Position numbers and translations under genes: made by a program. Below, one piece after another: positions 27,380 through 35,041 of a stretch of DNA of 64,000 nucleotides; the stretch's first letter is position 1; every line of letters starts with the position of its first letter. The notes under the pieces are model-generated. The model made no database searches and was not told where the DNA came from. It was given only the letters and a program-made list of their open reading frames with translations. The stretch covers positions 12,212 through 76,211 of the forward strand of contig CAZGQV010000002.1 of assembly GCA_964527365.1 (NCBI GenBank), written 5' to 3'. The stretch is from Candidatus Woesearchaeota archaeon (GTDB lineage: Archaea; Nanobdellota; Nanobdellia; Pacearchaeales; GW2011-AR1).

Positions 27380-28210
27380 TCAATTTCTCTTTTCTAATTT
27401 TTCTTTCATTTCTTTAGTAGACATTTCTTTCTTATCAAACATTTTTTGTCCACGCAGTTTCATTAATTCTTTCTGGTCATCAATTAATTTTTGTTTAACC
27501 ATTTTAATTTTATCTGATTTTTTACTTTCCAAGTTTTTCAATTTATCTTGAGTACTTTTTATTTCTTCATCTAATTTAAAATCATCATCTTGAACTTGAC
27601 TTAAAGAGATTTTTTGTTTTTTTTGCCTAACCACAACAAAGAATAATAAAAGAAAAATAAACCCAATAAAAGAATAATAAATTTTGCTCACAACCGGCTT
27701 ATGTTTATCCACAACAGTATAACCACTAAGAACCATTTTTTTAAAGAAATTTTGATCTCTAACTCGAATTTCCTTTAATTTTAATTCGTCTGTTTCATTT
27801 AAAGAATATTCAACAACAACAGGCAAAGATTCTGGAACTAATTCAATTATTTCTTCAATTCTCACTGGAAGAACATAATTTTCTGGAACAGAAGTCACAT
27901 TAACTATTGTTCCTGCAATAAATTTATCTTTTATTTGATCATTAAAAATTCCAACACTCTCATTCTTTACCAAAATAAATAAGTCAAAAGTCAATTCATC
28001 TATTTCAAAAGTAATCTTCACATTCCCAAATTCTCCAGAAAAAGCTTGAATTGGAGTATGTAATGTTTGTGCATAATCACTTGTACTTCTAGGTGTCAAA
28101 AAGACAGTATGATGGGGCAAAGTTTTCAAATTAACTGTGGTTGTAGCAGCAGAAGCCGTGACAATTAGAAAAAGTCCTAAAAATAATATCATCCCCAGTT
28201 TTAATTTCAT
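27380..28210 (-). CDS. signal peptide + TM-anchored protein with cytoplasmic coiled-coil tail (hypothetical)
   Basis: N-terminus MKLKLGMILFLGLFLIVTASA and TM 'IYYSFIGFIFLLLFFVVV'. Confidence 0.5.
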   Translation of the reverse strand: MKLKLGMILFLGLFLIVTASAATTTVNLKTLPHHTVFLTPRSTSDYAQTLHTPIQAFSGEFGNVKITFEIDELTFDLFILVKNESVGIFNDQIKDKFIAGTIVNVTSVPENYVLPVRIEEIIELVPESLPVVVEYSLNETDELKLKEIRVRDQNFFKKMVLSGYTVVDKHKPVVSKIYYSFIGFIFLLLFFVVVRQKKQKISLSQVQDDDFKLDEEIKSTQDKLKNLESKKSDKIKMVKQKLIDDQKELMKLRGQKMFDKKEMSTKEMKEKLEKRN

Positions 28211-28336
28211 AAAAAAACAAAGATTATTTATTTTATAAAATTAATTATTCTGAAAAAATAGGATAAATACAAATCGAAAGCATTAAATAGCCAGCAAAAT
28301 TTCTAAAAAAATGATAAGACAAGGGAGGAAAGTAAA

Positions 28337-28705
28337 ATGAAGTTATATGTAGGAAACCTTGCATTTAGTATCACACAAGAAACTTTGAAAAAAGAATTTT
28401 CAGAGTTTGGAGAAGTTACAGACGCAGTTGTTATCGTAGATAAATTTTCAAATAGATCGAAAGGATTTGGATTCGTAACTTTTTCAGACGATGAAGCTGC
28501 TAAAAAAGCAATCGCTGGAATGAACGATAAAGAATTAGAAGGAAGACCTTTGAAAGTTAACGAAGCAAAACCAATGGAAGAAAGACCAAGAAGAGAATTC
28601 AACGGTGGAAATCGTGGAGGAAGTTCTGGTGGTCGATTCGGCGGTGGAAATCGTGGAGGAGACAGAAGAGACTCACGAGGCGGAGATAGACCCAAAAGAT
28701 ATTAG
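28337..28705 (+). CDS. RRM-domain RNA-binding protein with Arg/Gly-rich (RGG) tail
   Basis: RNP-2 'LYVGNL', RNP-1 'KGFGFVTF' and tail 'GGNRGGSSGGRFGGGNRGGDRRDSRGGDR'. A strong SD (GGGAGGA) ends 8 nt upstream of the ATG. Confidence 0.9.
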   Translation: MKLYVGNLAFSITQETLKKEFSEFGEVTDAVVIVDKFSNRSKGFGFVTFSDDEAAKKAIAGMNDKELEGRPLKVNEAKPMEERPRREFNGGNRGGSSGGRFGGGNRGGDRRDSRGGDRPKRY

Positions 28706-28737
28706 TTTTTGACTAATATTTTATTTTTATTTTTTTA
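28706..28737 (+). terminator. oligo-T runs (archaeal-style termination signal)
   Basis: Immediately after the RRM stop: tttttgactaatattttatttttattttttt. Confidence 0.35.
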
Positions 28738-28846
28738 TTATTATTGTTTGAAAAAGAAAGAGTGATTTTATTAGTTTTATGTGGCGAATATATTCTCCCC
28801 AGGAAATAAATAGCAAATTATCTTGTTAAATGTGGGAGGTAACAAA

Positions 28847-29050
28847 ATGACAAATAAAACTCTGAATTTAATTGTTTTAATCTTACTAGTAATTGGTGGT
28901 CTTAATTGGGGTCTTGTAGGATTCTTAAACTACGATTTGGTCGCAAGCATATTTGGTGCAATGACATTAATCACAAGGATAATTTATTCTTTAGTGGGAA
29001 TTGCCGCGATATTTGGACTAATTGGACTTTTTACTAAAGAAAATATGTAA
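28847..29050 (+). CDS. DUF378-family small membrane protein
   Basis: 'LVIGGLNWGLVGFLNYDLVASIFG'. The ATG at 28847 is preceded by GGGAGGT; the track start (TTG at 28823) would include that SD. Confidence 0.78.
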   Translation: MTNKTLNLIVLILLVIGGLNWGLVGFLNYDLVASIFGAMTLITRIIYSLVGIAAIFGLIGLFTKENM

Positions 29051-29129
29051 GCATATTTCCTTTTTTTATTTTTAATTTTTTTCCTTAAACCCCTGTTATT
29101 GCTGGAAATAATAACTTAATTTATTTTGA

Positions 29130-29660
29130 CTATCCTTTCAAATATTCCACAATTGCCCTAAAATTTTCAGCTTTTTGTTCCTTAGACAAAAACCTAATTC
29201 CAGAAGGATGATATGAAATATAAGTATCAAGCCCATTAATCTCTTTAACCTTTCCAGATGCTTCAACAAAAGGAACATCACTATCACAAAAAGCATCATA
29301 CACAGGACTTCCAAATAAAACAATTTTCTTAGGATTTTCAATTTTAAGTTGCTCTTCAAAAACAACACGACAATTGGCATATTGTCCTTTTGTGGATTCC
29401 TTATCTCCTGGCCTTAAACATTTCCAAAAATTAGTCAAAATAATATCATCCAAAGCCAAACCCGCACCCTTAAGAATTTTATTCACAGTTTTTCCAGTAT
29501 TGGTTTTTAAATATGCATCTTCATATCCTGTGAGAGCTCGAGAATCAGACCTATTCAAAACAAACATAACCTTTTTCTCAGAATAATTTTTCCCAACAAG
29601 TCCAGGATTATATCCAAAAGCATCCCCGCATGCATGACAACTTTCTTTAAGTTTAAACAT
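29130..29660 (-). CDS. uracil-DNA glycosylase superfamily protein (divergent)
   Basis: 'DIILTNFWKC' and 'ISYHPSGIRF' resemble UDG family-4/5 motifs. The canonical GExPG motif A is absent (replaced by 'FVLNRSDS'). Confidence 0.5.
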   Translation of the reverse strand: MFKLKESCHACGDAFGYNPGLVGKNYSEKKVMFVLNRSDSRALTGYEDAYLKTNTGKTVNKILKGAGLALDDIILTNFWKCLRPGDKESTKGQYANCRVVFEEQLKIENPKKIVLFGSPVYDAFCDSDVPFVEASGKVKEINGLDTYISYHPSGIRFLSKEQKAENFRAIVEYLKG

Positions 29661-29710
29661 AAATTTTGAAAAAAATTAAGCCTTATAAGAATTTATATCA
29701 TAAACACAGT

Positions 29711-30871
29711 CTATTCAAAAACAAAATCAACATCAATCTTCCCCAGATTATTTTTTATCTCTTCTCGTAATTCCCCAATTTTTTCTTTAAAAGATTTTAA
29801 TCTTTTTTCTTTTATTTGTTTTTCAGATTCAATTAATTCCATTTCAGATTCAATTCTTCGAATATCTTTTTGTAAATTATTAAATCCAAAATCCTCAAAA
29901 CAAGTTTCCAAAATCTCTTTTTCCTTATTATTTATTTTATCAATCAATTCTAAAATTTTTCCATTATTTAATTTGGCCCCATTAAGAAGCTTCAATAGTT
30001 TCTCCAACCCATCAAACTTCAAAGCTAACTTAAAATTATCTTTATAATTTTTAACTAGGCTCATTTCTTTCTCAAAACTATGATAAAAATTCGTAAGACC
30101 CTTAAAATTAATTAATTCGTGAAGAAGATTGGTCTCTTTTTCAAGATTATGCTTTTCATTATCAAGTTCTTTTTTTTTCTTTTCCTCAAGTTTATACTTA
30201 TCCGATTCAACCAATTCCTTAAGTTTTTTTTCTTTAACTTTAATTTTTTCACCAATCAGTTTCAAATTTTCAATATCTTTATTTAAATCTTCTAAAAATT
30301 TAGATTTTTCTTCCTTTACTTCATCTAAATTTTTAACATCTTTTCCAAGAATCTCTACTATTTTGAATTCTTCAAAATCTTTTTTATTTTCTTTTAAAAT
30401 TCCTTCCAAATCCTTAAGAAATTTTCTAATACTTTCCTTAGTTGCTTGCATTTCTTTACCCACCATAAAAGTAATTTTTTCATAAGTCATATTTGACTTC
30501 TTATTAAAATCCTCAAAAACAAAATTTATCTTTTCAACAATCTTCTCTCTTTTCTTAATTTCACTTAACCGTTCAATAATCTTTTCTAAAAACCCCACAT
30601 AATTTTTTATATTCTCTTTTAGAATAAATTTAACCCGAGAATCAACTTTTTTCTTTTCAAAATCAAAATTTTCAAGTGCAGTTATTTCTAATTTTAATTC
30701 ATCAATCAATTGAGAAATTCTTTTTTTTATAGGTTTGAGAAATTCTTCTTCTTTTTCCTTATGTTTTTTTTTCTTATTCAAAATCCATTTAGAAAGTTCA
30801 TTTTCTAAAATTATTTTGTTCTCTTCTCTCTCTTCAATTTGTTTTTTCTTAAATAATCCAAAGAATGTCAT
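29711..30871 (-). CDS. long coiled-coil Lys/Glu-rich protein (hypothetical)
   Basis: 386 aa with amphipathic N-terminus 'MTFFGLFKKK'. No family recognised. Confidence 0.5.
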   Translation of the reverse strand: MTFFGLFKKKQIEEREENKIILENELSKWILNKKKKHKEKEEEFLKPIKKRISQLIDELKLEITALENFDFEKKKVDSRVKFILKENIKNYVGFLEKIIERLSEIKKREKIVEKINFVFEDFNKKSNMTYEKITFMVGKEMQATKESIRKFLKDLEGILKENKKDFEEFKIVEILGKDVKNLDEVKEEKSKFLEDLNKDIENLKLIGEKIKVKEKKLKELVESDKYKLEEKKKKELDNEKHNLEKETNLLHELINFKGLTNFYHSFEKEMSLVKNYKDNFKLALKFDGLEKLLKLLNGAKLNNGKILELIDKINNKEKEILETCFEDFGFNNLQKDIRRIESEMELIESEKQIKEKRLKSFKEKIGELREEIKNNLGKIDVDFVFE

Positions 30872-30918
30872 TATTTAACTAGAAAACTTGAAGTTATAAA
30901 ATTTGGCTATTTAAAAAA

Positions 30919-31653
30919 TTATTTTTTCTTCACCAATTTTTTTAATTTAATTGCTTCTTTTTTTTGATTATCAAGTTTGGATAACATTTCTTTTACAACT
31001 TTCTTTTCCTCAACAATAACTTCTTTTTTTTCTTTTTTAAGGGAAATCTCTCCCCTTTTCAATTCTTTCTTTCTTTCTTGAATTGGCTTTTTCAATTCAA
31101 TAAGATCTTCTCTTTTTTCTTTTTCTTTTAATTTTTTAAGATAAATAAAAAATTTAGAAATTAAAATTTTAAGACCATTAAACATTAGCCATAAAATAGA
31201 TAAAAAAAGAAGAGAAGAAATAAATTCTATAAATCCCGTTTTCAAAGGAGAATAAACCATAACAATTGCAATGTATGCAATTAAATTCAATGTCAAAGGA
31301 GATCCCAAATATTTAGCTATTTTTTCTGGTAAAAAATGTGAAAAGTTTGTAAATAAAATTGCAATCCCCATAAATAATATCAAGAGAGATAAAACAAACC
31401 TATTCAAAAAAGTAATATAATTAATCAGTCCTACCCCATCAACATTATATAAAAATCTCAATAAATAAATTGAAACAAAAAGCAATACCAAAGAATTTGC
31501 AACATAAGTATTCCACCCGGGCTTTTCTTCAGCATATTTTTCAAAATAAACAATCATTACAATTGTTGCTATAAACAAAGGTAAAACAACCCACAAAACT
31601 TCTGGTTCAATAGTTGTCTTCAAAAGAACCAAAATATTATTATAAATTTCCAT
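30919..31653 (-). CDS. multi-pass membrane protein with Lys/Glu coiled-coil tail (hypothetical)
   Basis: The start is moved to ATG 31653 (MEIYNN...); the track start at 31722 is a TTG codon. Confidence 0.5.
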   Translation of the reverse strand: MEIYNNILVLLKTTIEPEVLWVVLPLFIATIVMIVYFEKYAEEKPGWNTYVANSLVLLFVSIYLLRFLYNVDGVGLINYITFLNRFVLSLLILFMGIAILFTNFSHFLPEKIAKYLGSPLTLNLIAYIAIVMVYSPLKTGFIEFISSLLFLSILWLMFNGLKILISKFFIYLKKLKEKEKREDLIELKKPIQERKKELKRGEISLKKEKKEVIVEEKKVVKEMLSKLDNQKKEAIKLKKLVKKK

Positions 31654-31736
31654 AATTATTTTATTTTCAATAACCTCTAATAAAAATAAACAAAAATGAT
31701 ATATAAATATTGCCAAGAACAATTTATCTCATTCTA

Positions 31737-31925
31737 CGCCCCGACCGTGATTTGAACACGGGTTACTGCCTTACTCCAACACAATTTTGTGTGGGATTTA
31801 AGTTTTGTCTTGATCTAGGGCTACATTGAGATGTCAGACCCTATCCTTTCATCAAGGACGAATCACCTCTAATCTGAAACTTAAATTTGAGAGGGCAGCG
31901 TACTTGGCCACTATACTACCGGGGC
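31737..31925 (-). tRNA. tRNA-Glu (anticodon CUC) interrupted by a 116-nt intron at the canonical 37/38 position
   Basis: Hand fold. Exon 1 (31925-31888): GCCCCGG-UA-GUAU-AGUGGCCAA-GUAC-G-CUGCC-CUCUCA. Exon 2 (31771-31737): A-GGCAG-UAAC-CCGUG-UUCAAAU-CACGG-UCGGGGC-G. All stems pair. The intron spans 31772-31887. Confidence 0.75.
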
Positions 31926-31974
31926 TCCTAATAAACAAAAGAATTATGCCAGTTAAAAATATTTCTCTAATTAA

Positions 31975-31989
31975 CAATAGCCCCGCCCG
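31975..31989 (-). repeat. 15-nt copy of the tRNA-Gln 3' end (att-like partial duplicate)
   Basis: caatagccccgcccg is identical to 32344-32358 (3 nt of trailer + discriminator + acceptor 3' strand + 4 nt of T-stem), in the same orientation. Confidence 0.7.
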
Positions 31990-31998
31990 ATCAAAAGA

Positions 31999-32286
31999 TT
32001 AACTTCCAAAAAATATTTGTCCCAAGAGAACCAATAAAAAAATACTGGAAATTATTAAAGAAACCAAAGCTACTTTATTTTTTCCTTTCTCCAAACTAAT
32101 AATTGATAAAATTATTGAAGAAGCAAGTAATATTGGTGAAATCAAAACACCAAAGAAAAAACCTAAAAAAACATAATAATTTAAATATGATAAACCAAAA
32201 ACAAAAAATACAGAAAGTAAACATGTACTAATCAACAACCAAAGTGATATTTTTGATAGTATTTTTTTATTCATACATTGAATCAA
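31999..32286 (-). CDS. small 3-TM membrane protein (hypothetical)
   Basis: 95-aa ORF; the only ORF between the two 15-nt repeats. Confidence 0.4.
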   Translation of the reverse strand: MIQCMNKKILSKISLWLLISTCLLSVFFVFGLSYLNYYVFLGFFFGVLISPILLASSIILSIISLEKGKNKVALVSLIISSIFLLVLLGQIFFGS

Positions 32287-32346
32287 TTTAAAAGAATATA
32301 TAAAACTACTTATTTAAGAAATTCGATTTTTCTCTTCCAATACCAA

Positions 32347-32419
32347 TAGCCCCGCCCGGATTCGAACCGGGGTTGCAGGATTCAGAGTCCTACGTCCTTG
32401 ACCGCTAGACTACGGGGCT
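32347..32419 (-). tRNA. tRNA-Gln (anticodon CUG)
   Basis: Hand fold: AGCCCCG-UA-GUCU-AGCGGUCAA-GGAC-G-UAGGA-CUCUGAA-UCCUG-CAAC-CCCGG-UUCGAAU-CCGGG-CGGGGCU-A. The A1-U72 pair is typical of archaeal tRNA-Gln. Confidence 0.88.
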
Positions 32420-32472
32420 ATAATAAAAGCAGAATATAATAACTTATAAAATTTCCCAAAAAGAAACAAAAA

Positions 32473-33081
32473 CTATTCCCAAGAAATTCGAGCGTCAACA
32501 ACGGTCCCAACACCTTTACGTACAATTAAAGGATTAATATCTAATTCAGAAATTTTCGGATGCCTTTTAACAAGTTCACTTAATCTTAAAAGATTCTTTT
32601 CTATAACGTCACCATCTTTTTTCAAAAGATTAGTTCCAATTTTAGTTTCCTTAATCATAATTTTAACTTCATCACGATTCAAAGGTCCAACCCTAAACAC
32701 CACATCTTTCTTTTCTTCAACTTGAATTCCTCCAGAACCAAAAACCAAAACATGTCCAAACTCACGAGTCTTCTTAATTCCAAGCAAATATTCTTTTCCC
32801 AGAATTGTCTTTTGAATAAGAATCCCATTAGAACCTTTAATTTTTTTCAAATTCATAAATTCTAAAACTGCCTGAGAATAAAGATTAATATTTGTTCTTA
32901 TTCCATTCATTTTATTTTTATGAACAATATTTTTCCCAGAAACTTTCATAACAAGAGGAAACCCCACTTTAGAAATAGCCCTTTTAATTCCTGCAACTTT
33001 GGAAACAAAAGAACGCAGAACCACATTAAAACCTTCCTTTGCCAAAAAATCCTCTGCCTCTTTTTCAGCCATATACCTCAT
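32473..33081 (-). CDS. acdB: ADP-forming acetyl-CoA synthetase, beta (ATP-grasp) subunit
   Basis: 'EAEDFLAKEGFNVV', 'GFPLVMKVSGKNIVHKNKMNGI' and 'LDINPLIV'. The start is set at Met 33081, which lies about 27 nt downstream of a CTATATAAT box. Confidence 0.72.
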   Translation of the reverse strand: MRYMAEKEAEDFLAKEGFNVVLRSFVSKVAGIKRAISKVGFPLVMKVSGKNIVHKNKMNGIRTNINLYSQAVLEFMNLKKIKGSNGILIQKTILGKEYLLGIKKTREFGHVLVFGSGGIQVEEKKDVVFRVGPLNRDEVKIMIKETKIGTNLLKKDGDVIEKNLLRLSELVKRHPKISELDINPLIVRKGVGTVVDARISWE

Positions 33082-33180
33082 AATAATTGAACAGAAAACA
33101 AGATTATATAGTTTTCTAATGATATATTTGATAAAAAGTTCATCAATAAAATCTTTAAACACAAATTTCTTAAAACTTTC

Positions 33181-34389
33181 ATGAAAGAGGTAGATTTGTC
33201 TGGTGTTTTTGAACCAAAATCAATTGCAATTATTGGTGCGTCCAATACTGTTGGTAAAGTAGGTTATACATTAATGGAAAAACTAAAAACTTTTCAAGGG
33301 AAAATAATTCCAATAAATAAAAAAAGGAAAATAATTCATAACTTACAATCCTTCAAAAAAGTTACTGATTATAAAAATATAATTGATTTAGCAGTAATTG
33401 CAACTCCCGCAAAAACTATTTTAAAAATTTTAAAAAATTGTGGAAAAAAGAAAATAAAAAATATCATTATTATTTCTTCAGGATTTTCCGAACAAGGAAA
33501 TATTAAAGCAGAAAAAAAAATATTTAAATTAAAACAAAAATACAACATGAAAATTTTAGGTCCAAATTGTTTTGGAATAATTAATACTAAAAAAAGATTA
33601 GATTTAACATTTTCAAAAACAACTCCAAAACAAGGAAATATCGCTTTCATTAGCCAAAGTGGAGCTTTAGGTAGTTACATCATGGACTTAGGTGTAAAAC
33701 TTTCAGGATTTGTTTCAGTTGGAAATATGTTAGATTTAGATTTTGCAGATTTCATAAAATATTTTGAAAAGGATCCCCAAACAAAAAAAATAGTTGTTTA
33801 CTTAGAATCATTAAAACATGGAAAAAAATTTATTGATATTTGTAAAAAATCAAAAAAAGAAATAATCGTGGTTAAAGCTGGAAAAACACATAAAGGAAAA
33901 ATGGTAACAATGTCACATACTGGGAGCCTAGCAACTGACTCAAGTATTTATTCTGCTGCATTCAAACAAGCAAGAATAAAAGAAATAAATTCATTGCTTC
34001 ATGCCTTTGACTTGAAACAAGAAGACATTTTTAAAAAAATAAAAGGGAAAAAAGTTGCAATAATTACAAATGCAGGAGGAGCTGGAGCACTTCTAACAGA
34101 TAAATTATCAAGAAAAAAATACGAAATAACTGGACCAAAAGATCTTTTGGGTACAGCAACATCCATAGAATATAAAAAAGCATTAAATAATTTAACGGGA
34201 AAATATGATTCAGTAATTTTATTAATAACCCCCCAAACAATGACTGATTTTGAAAAAATTGCCGAAATAATATCTAATTCTCGTTGGAAATACAAAATTA
34301 TTGCTTGCTGCTTAGGAAAAAAATCCGTAAAAAAAGCAACAGAAATTTTAAAAGAAAACGACGTTCATTATATGACTAGAGCAATTTAA
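33181..34389 (+). CDS. acdA: ADP-forming acetyl-CoA synthetase, alpha (CoA-binding/ligase-CoA) subunit
   Basis: 'FEPKSIAIIGASNTVGKVGY', 'ILGPNCFGIIN', 'FISQSGALG' and 'MSHTGSLA' (phosphohistidine loop). Confidence 0.85.
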   Translation: MKEVDLSGVFEPKSIAIIGASNTVGKVGYTLMEKLKTFQGKIIPINKKRKIIHNLQSFKKVTDYKNIIDLAVIATPAKTILKILKNCGKKKIKNIIIISSGFSEQGNIKAEKKIFKLKQKYNMKILGPNCFGIINTKKRLDLTFSKTTPKQGNIAFISQSGALGSYIMDLGVKLSGFVSVGNMLDLDFADFIKYFEKDPQTKKIVVYLESLKHGKKFIDICKKSKKEIIVVKAGKTHKGKMVTMSHTGSLATDSSIYSAAFKQARIKEINSLLHAFDLKQEDIFKKIKGKKVAIITNAGGAGALLTDKLSRKKYEITGPKDLLGTATSIEYKKALNNLTGKYDSVILLITPQTMTDFEKIAEIISNSRWKYKIIACCLGKKSVKKATEILKENDVHYMTRAI

Positions 34390-34390
34390 A

Positions 34391-35041
34391 ATGAAACCAA
34401 AAACAATTACTCCAATAATGAAAATCTTAGAAAAAGAATTTCCAGCATCAACTACAACTTTAAACAACATGCGAGGAAAAGCAGATGCTTTTAAAATTTT
34501 AATTTCTTGTCTTCTCTCATTAAGGTCCAGAGATGAAACAACTGAAATAATCTCAGAAAACTTATTCAAAGTTGCAGATACTCCAGAAAAAATAATTAAA
34601 CTCCCAATGAAAGAATTAAAAAAAATTATTTTTAAAACAGGTCATTACAACAAAAAAGCAGAAGCATTAAAACACGTTTCAAGAGAGATAAAAAATAGAT
34701 TCAAAAATAAAGTTCCAAAAACTCATGATGAATTAATTTCAATAAAAAATATAGGGCCAAAAACTGCAAACATTGTTTTGGCTTTTGCATATGGCCAGGC
34801 AGTAATTCCTGTGGACACACATGTTCATAGAGTTCCAAATAGAATTGGTTGGGTAAAAACAAATTTAGCAGAAAAAACAGAACATGAATTAATAAAAATA
34901 ATTCCAAAAAAATATTGGAAAGAATTTAATTCTATTTTTGTTCAATTCGGAAGAACTGTTTGTGTTCCAATCTCTCCATTTTGTTCCACTTGCCCAATAA
35001 AAAAATATTGTAAAAGGATTAATGTTAAGAGAAATAGATAA
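34391..35041 (+). CDS. nth: endonuclease III (HhH-GPD DNA glycosylase with FeS cluster loop)
   Basis: 'LLSLRSRDE', HhH 'LISIKNIGPKTANIVL', 'VDTHVHRV' and 'CVPISPFCSTCPIKKYC'. Confidence 0.9.
   Translation: MKPKTITPIMKILEKEFPASTTTLNNMRGKADAFKILISCLLSLRSRDETTEIISENLFKVADTPEKIIKLPMKELKKIIFKTGHYNKKAEALKHVSREIKNRFKNKVPKTHDELISIKNIGPKTANIVLAFAYGQAVIPVDTHVHRVPNRIGWVKTNLAEKTEHELIKIIPKKYWKEFNSIFVQFGRTVCVPISPFCSTCPIKKYCKRINVKRNR

Noticed and set aside
28303-28695. 130-aa minus-strand ORF rich in Pro/Ser/Leu
   Set aside because: It is the exact antisense of the RRM/RGG gene, and its low-complexity translation is produced by the GGN/CGN repeats.
31772-31887. C/D-box sRNA inside the tRNA-Glu intron (UGAUGA at intron nt 34-39, CUGA at 51-54, 11-nt spacer)
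   Set aside because: Only one box pair is present, with no second C'/D set and no terminal-stem geometry. UGAUGA also forms the loop of a simple hairpin (UCCUU-GAUGA-AAGGA). The 11-nt 'guide' has no complement in the tRNA exons that I could find. I kept it only as a note under the intron finding.
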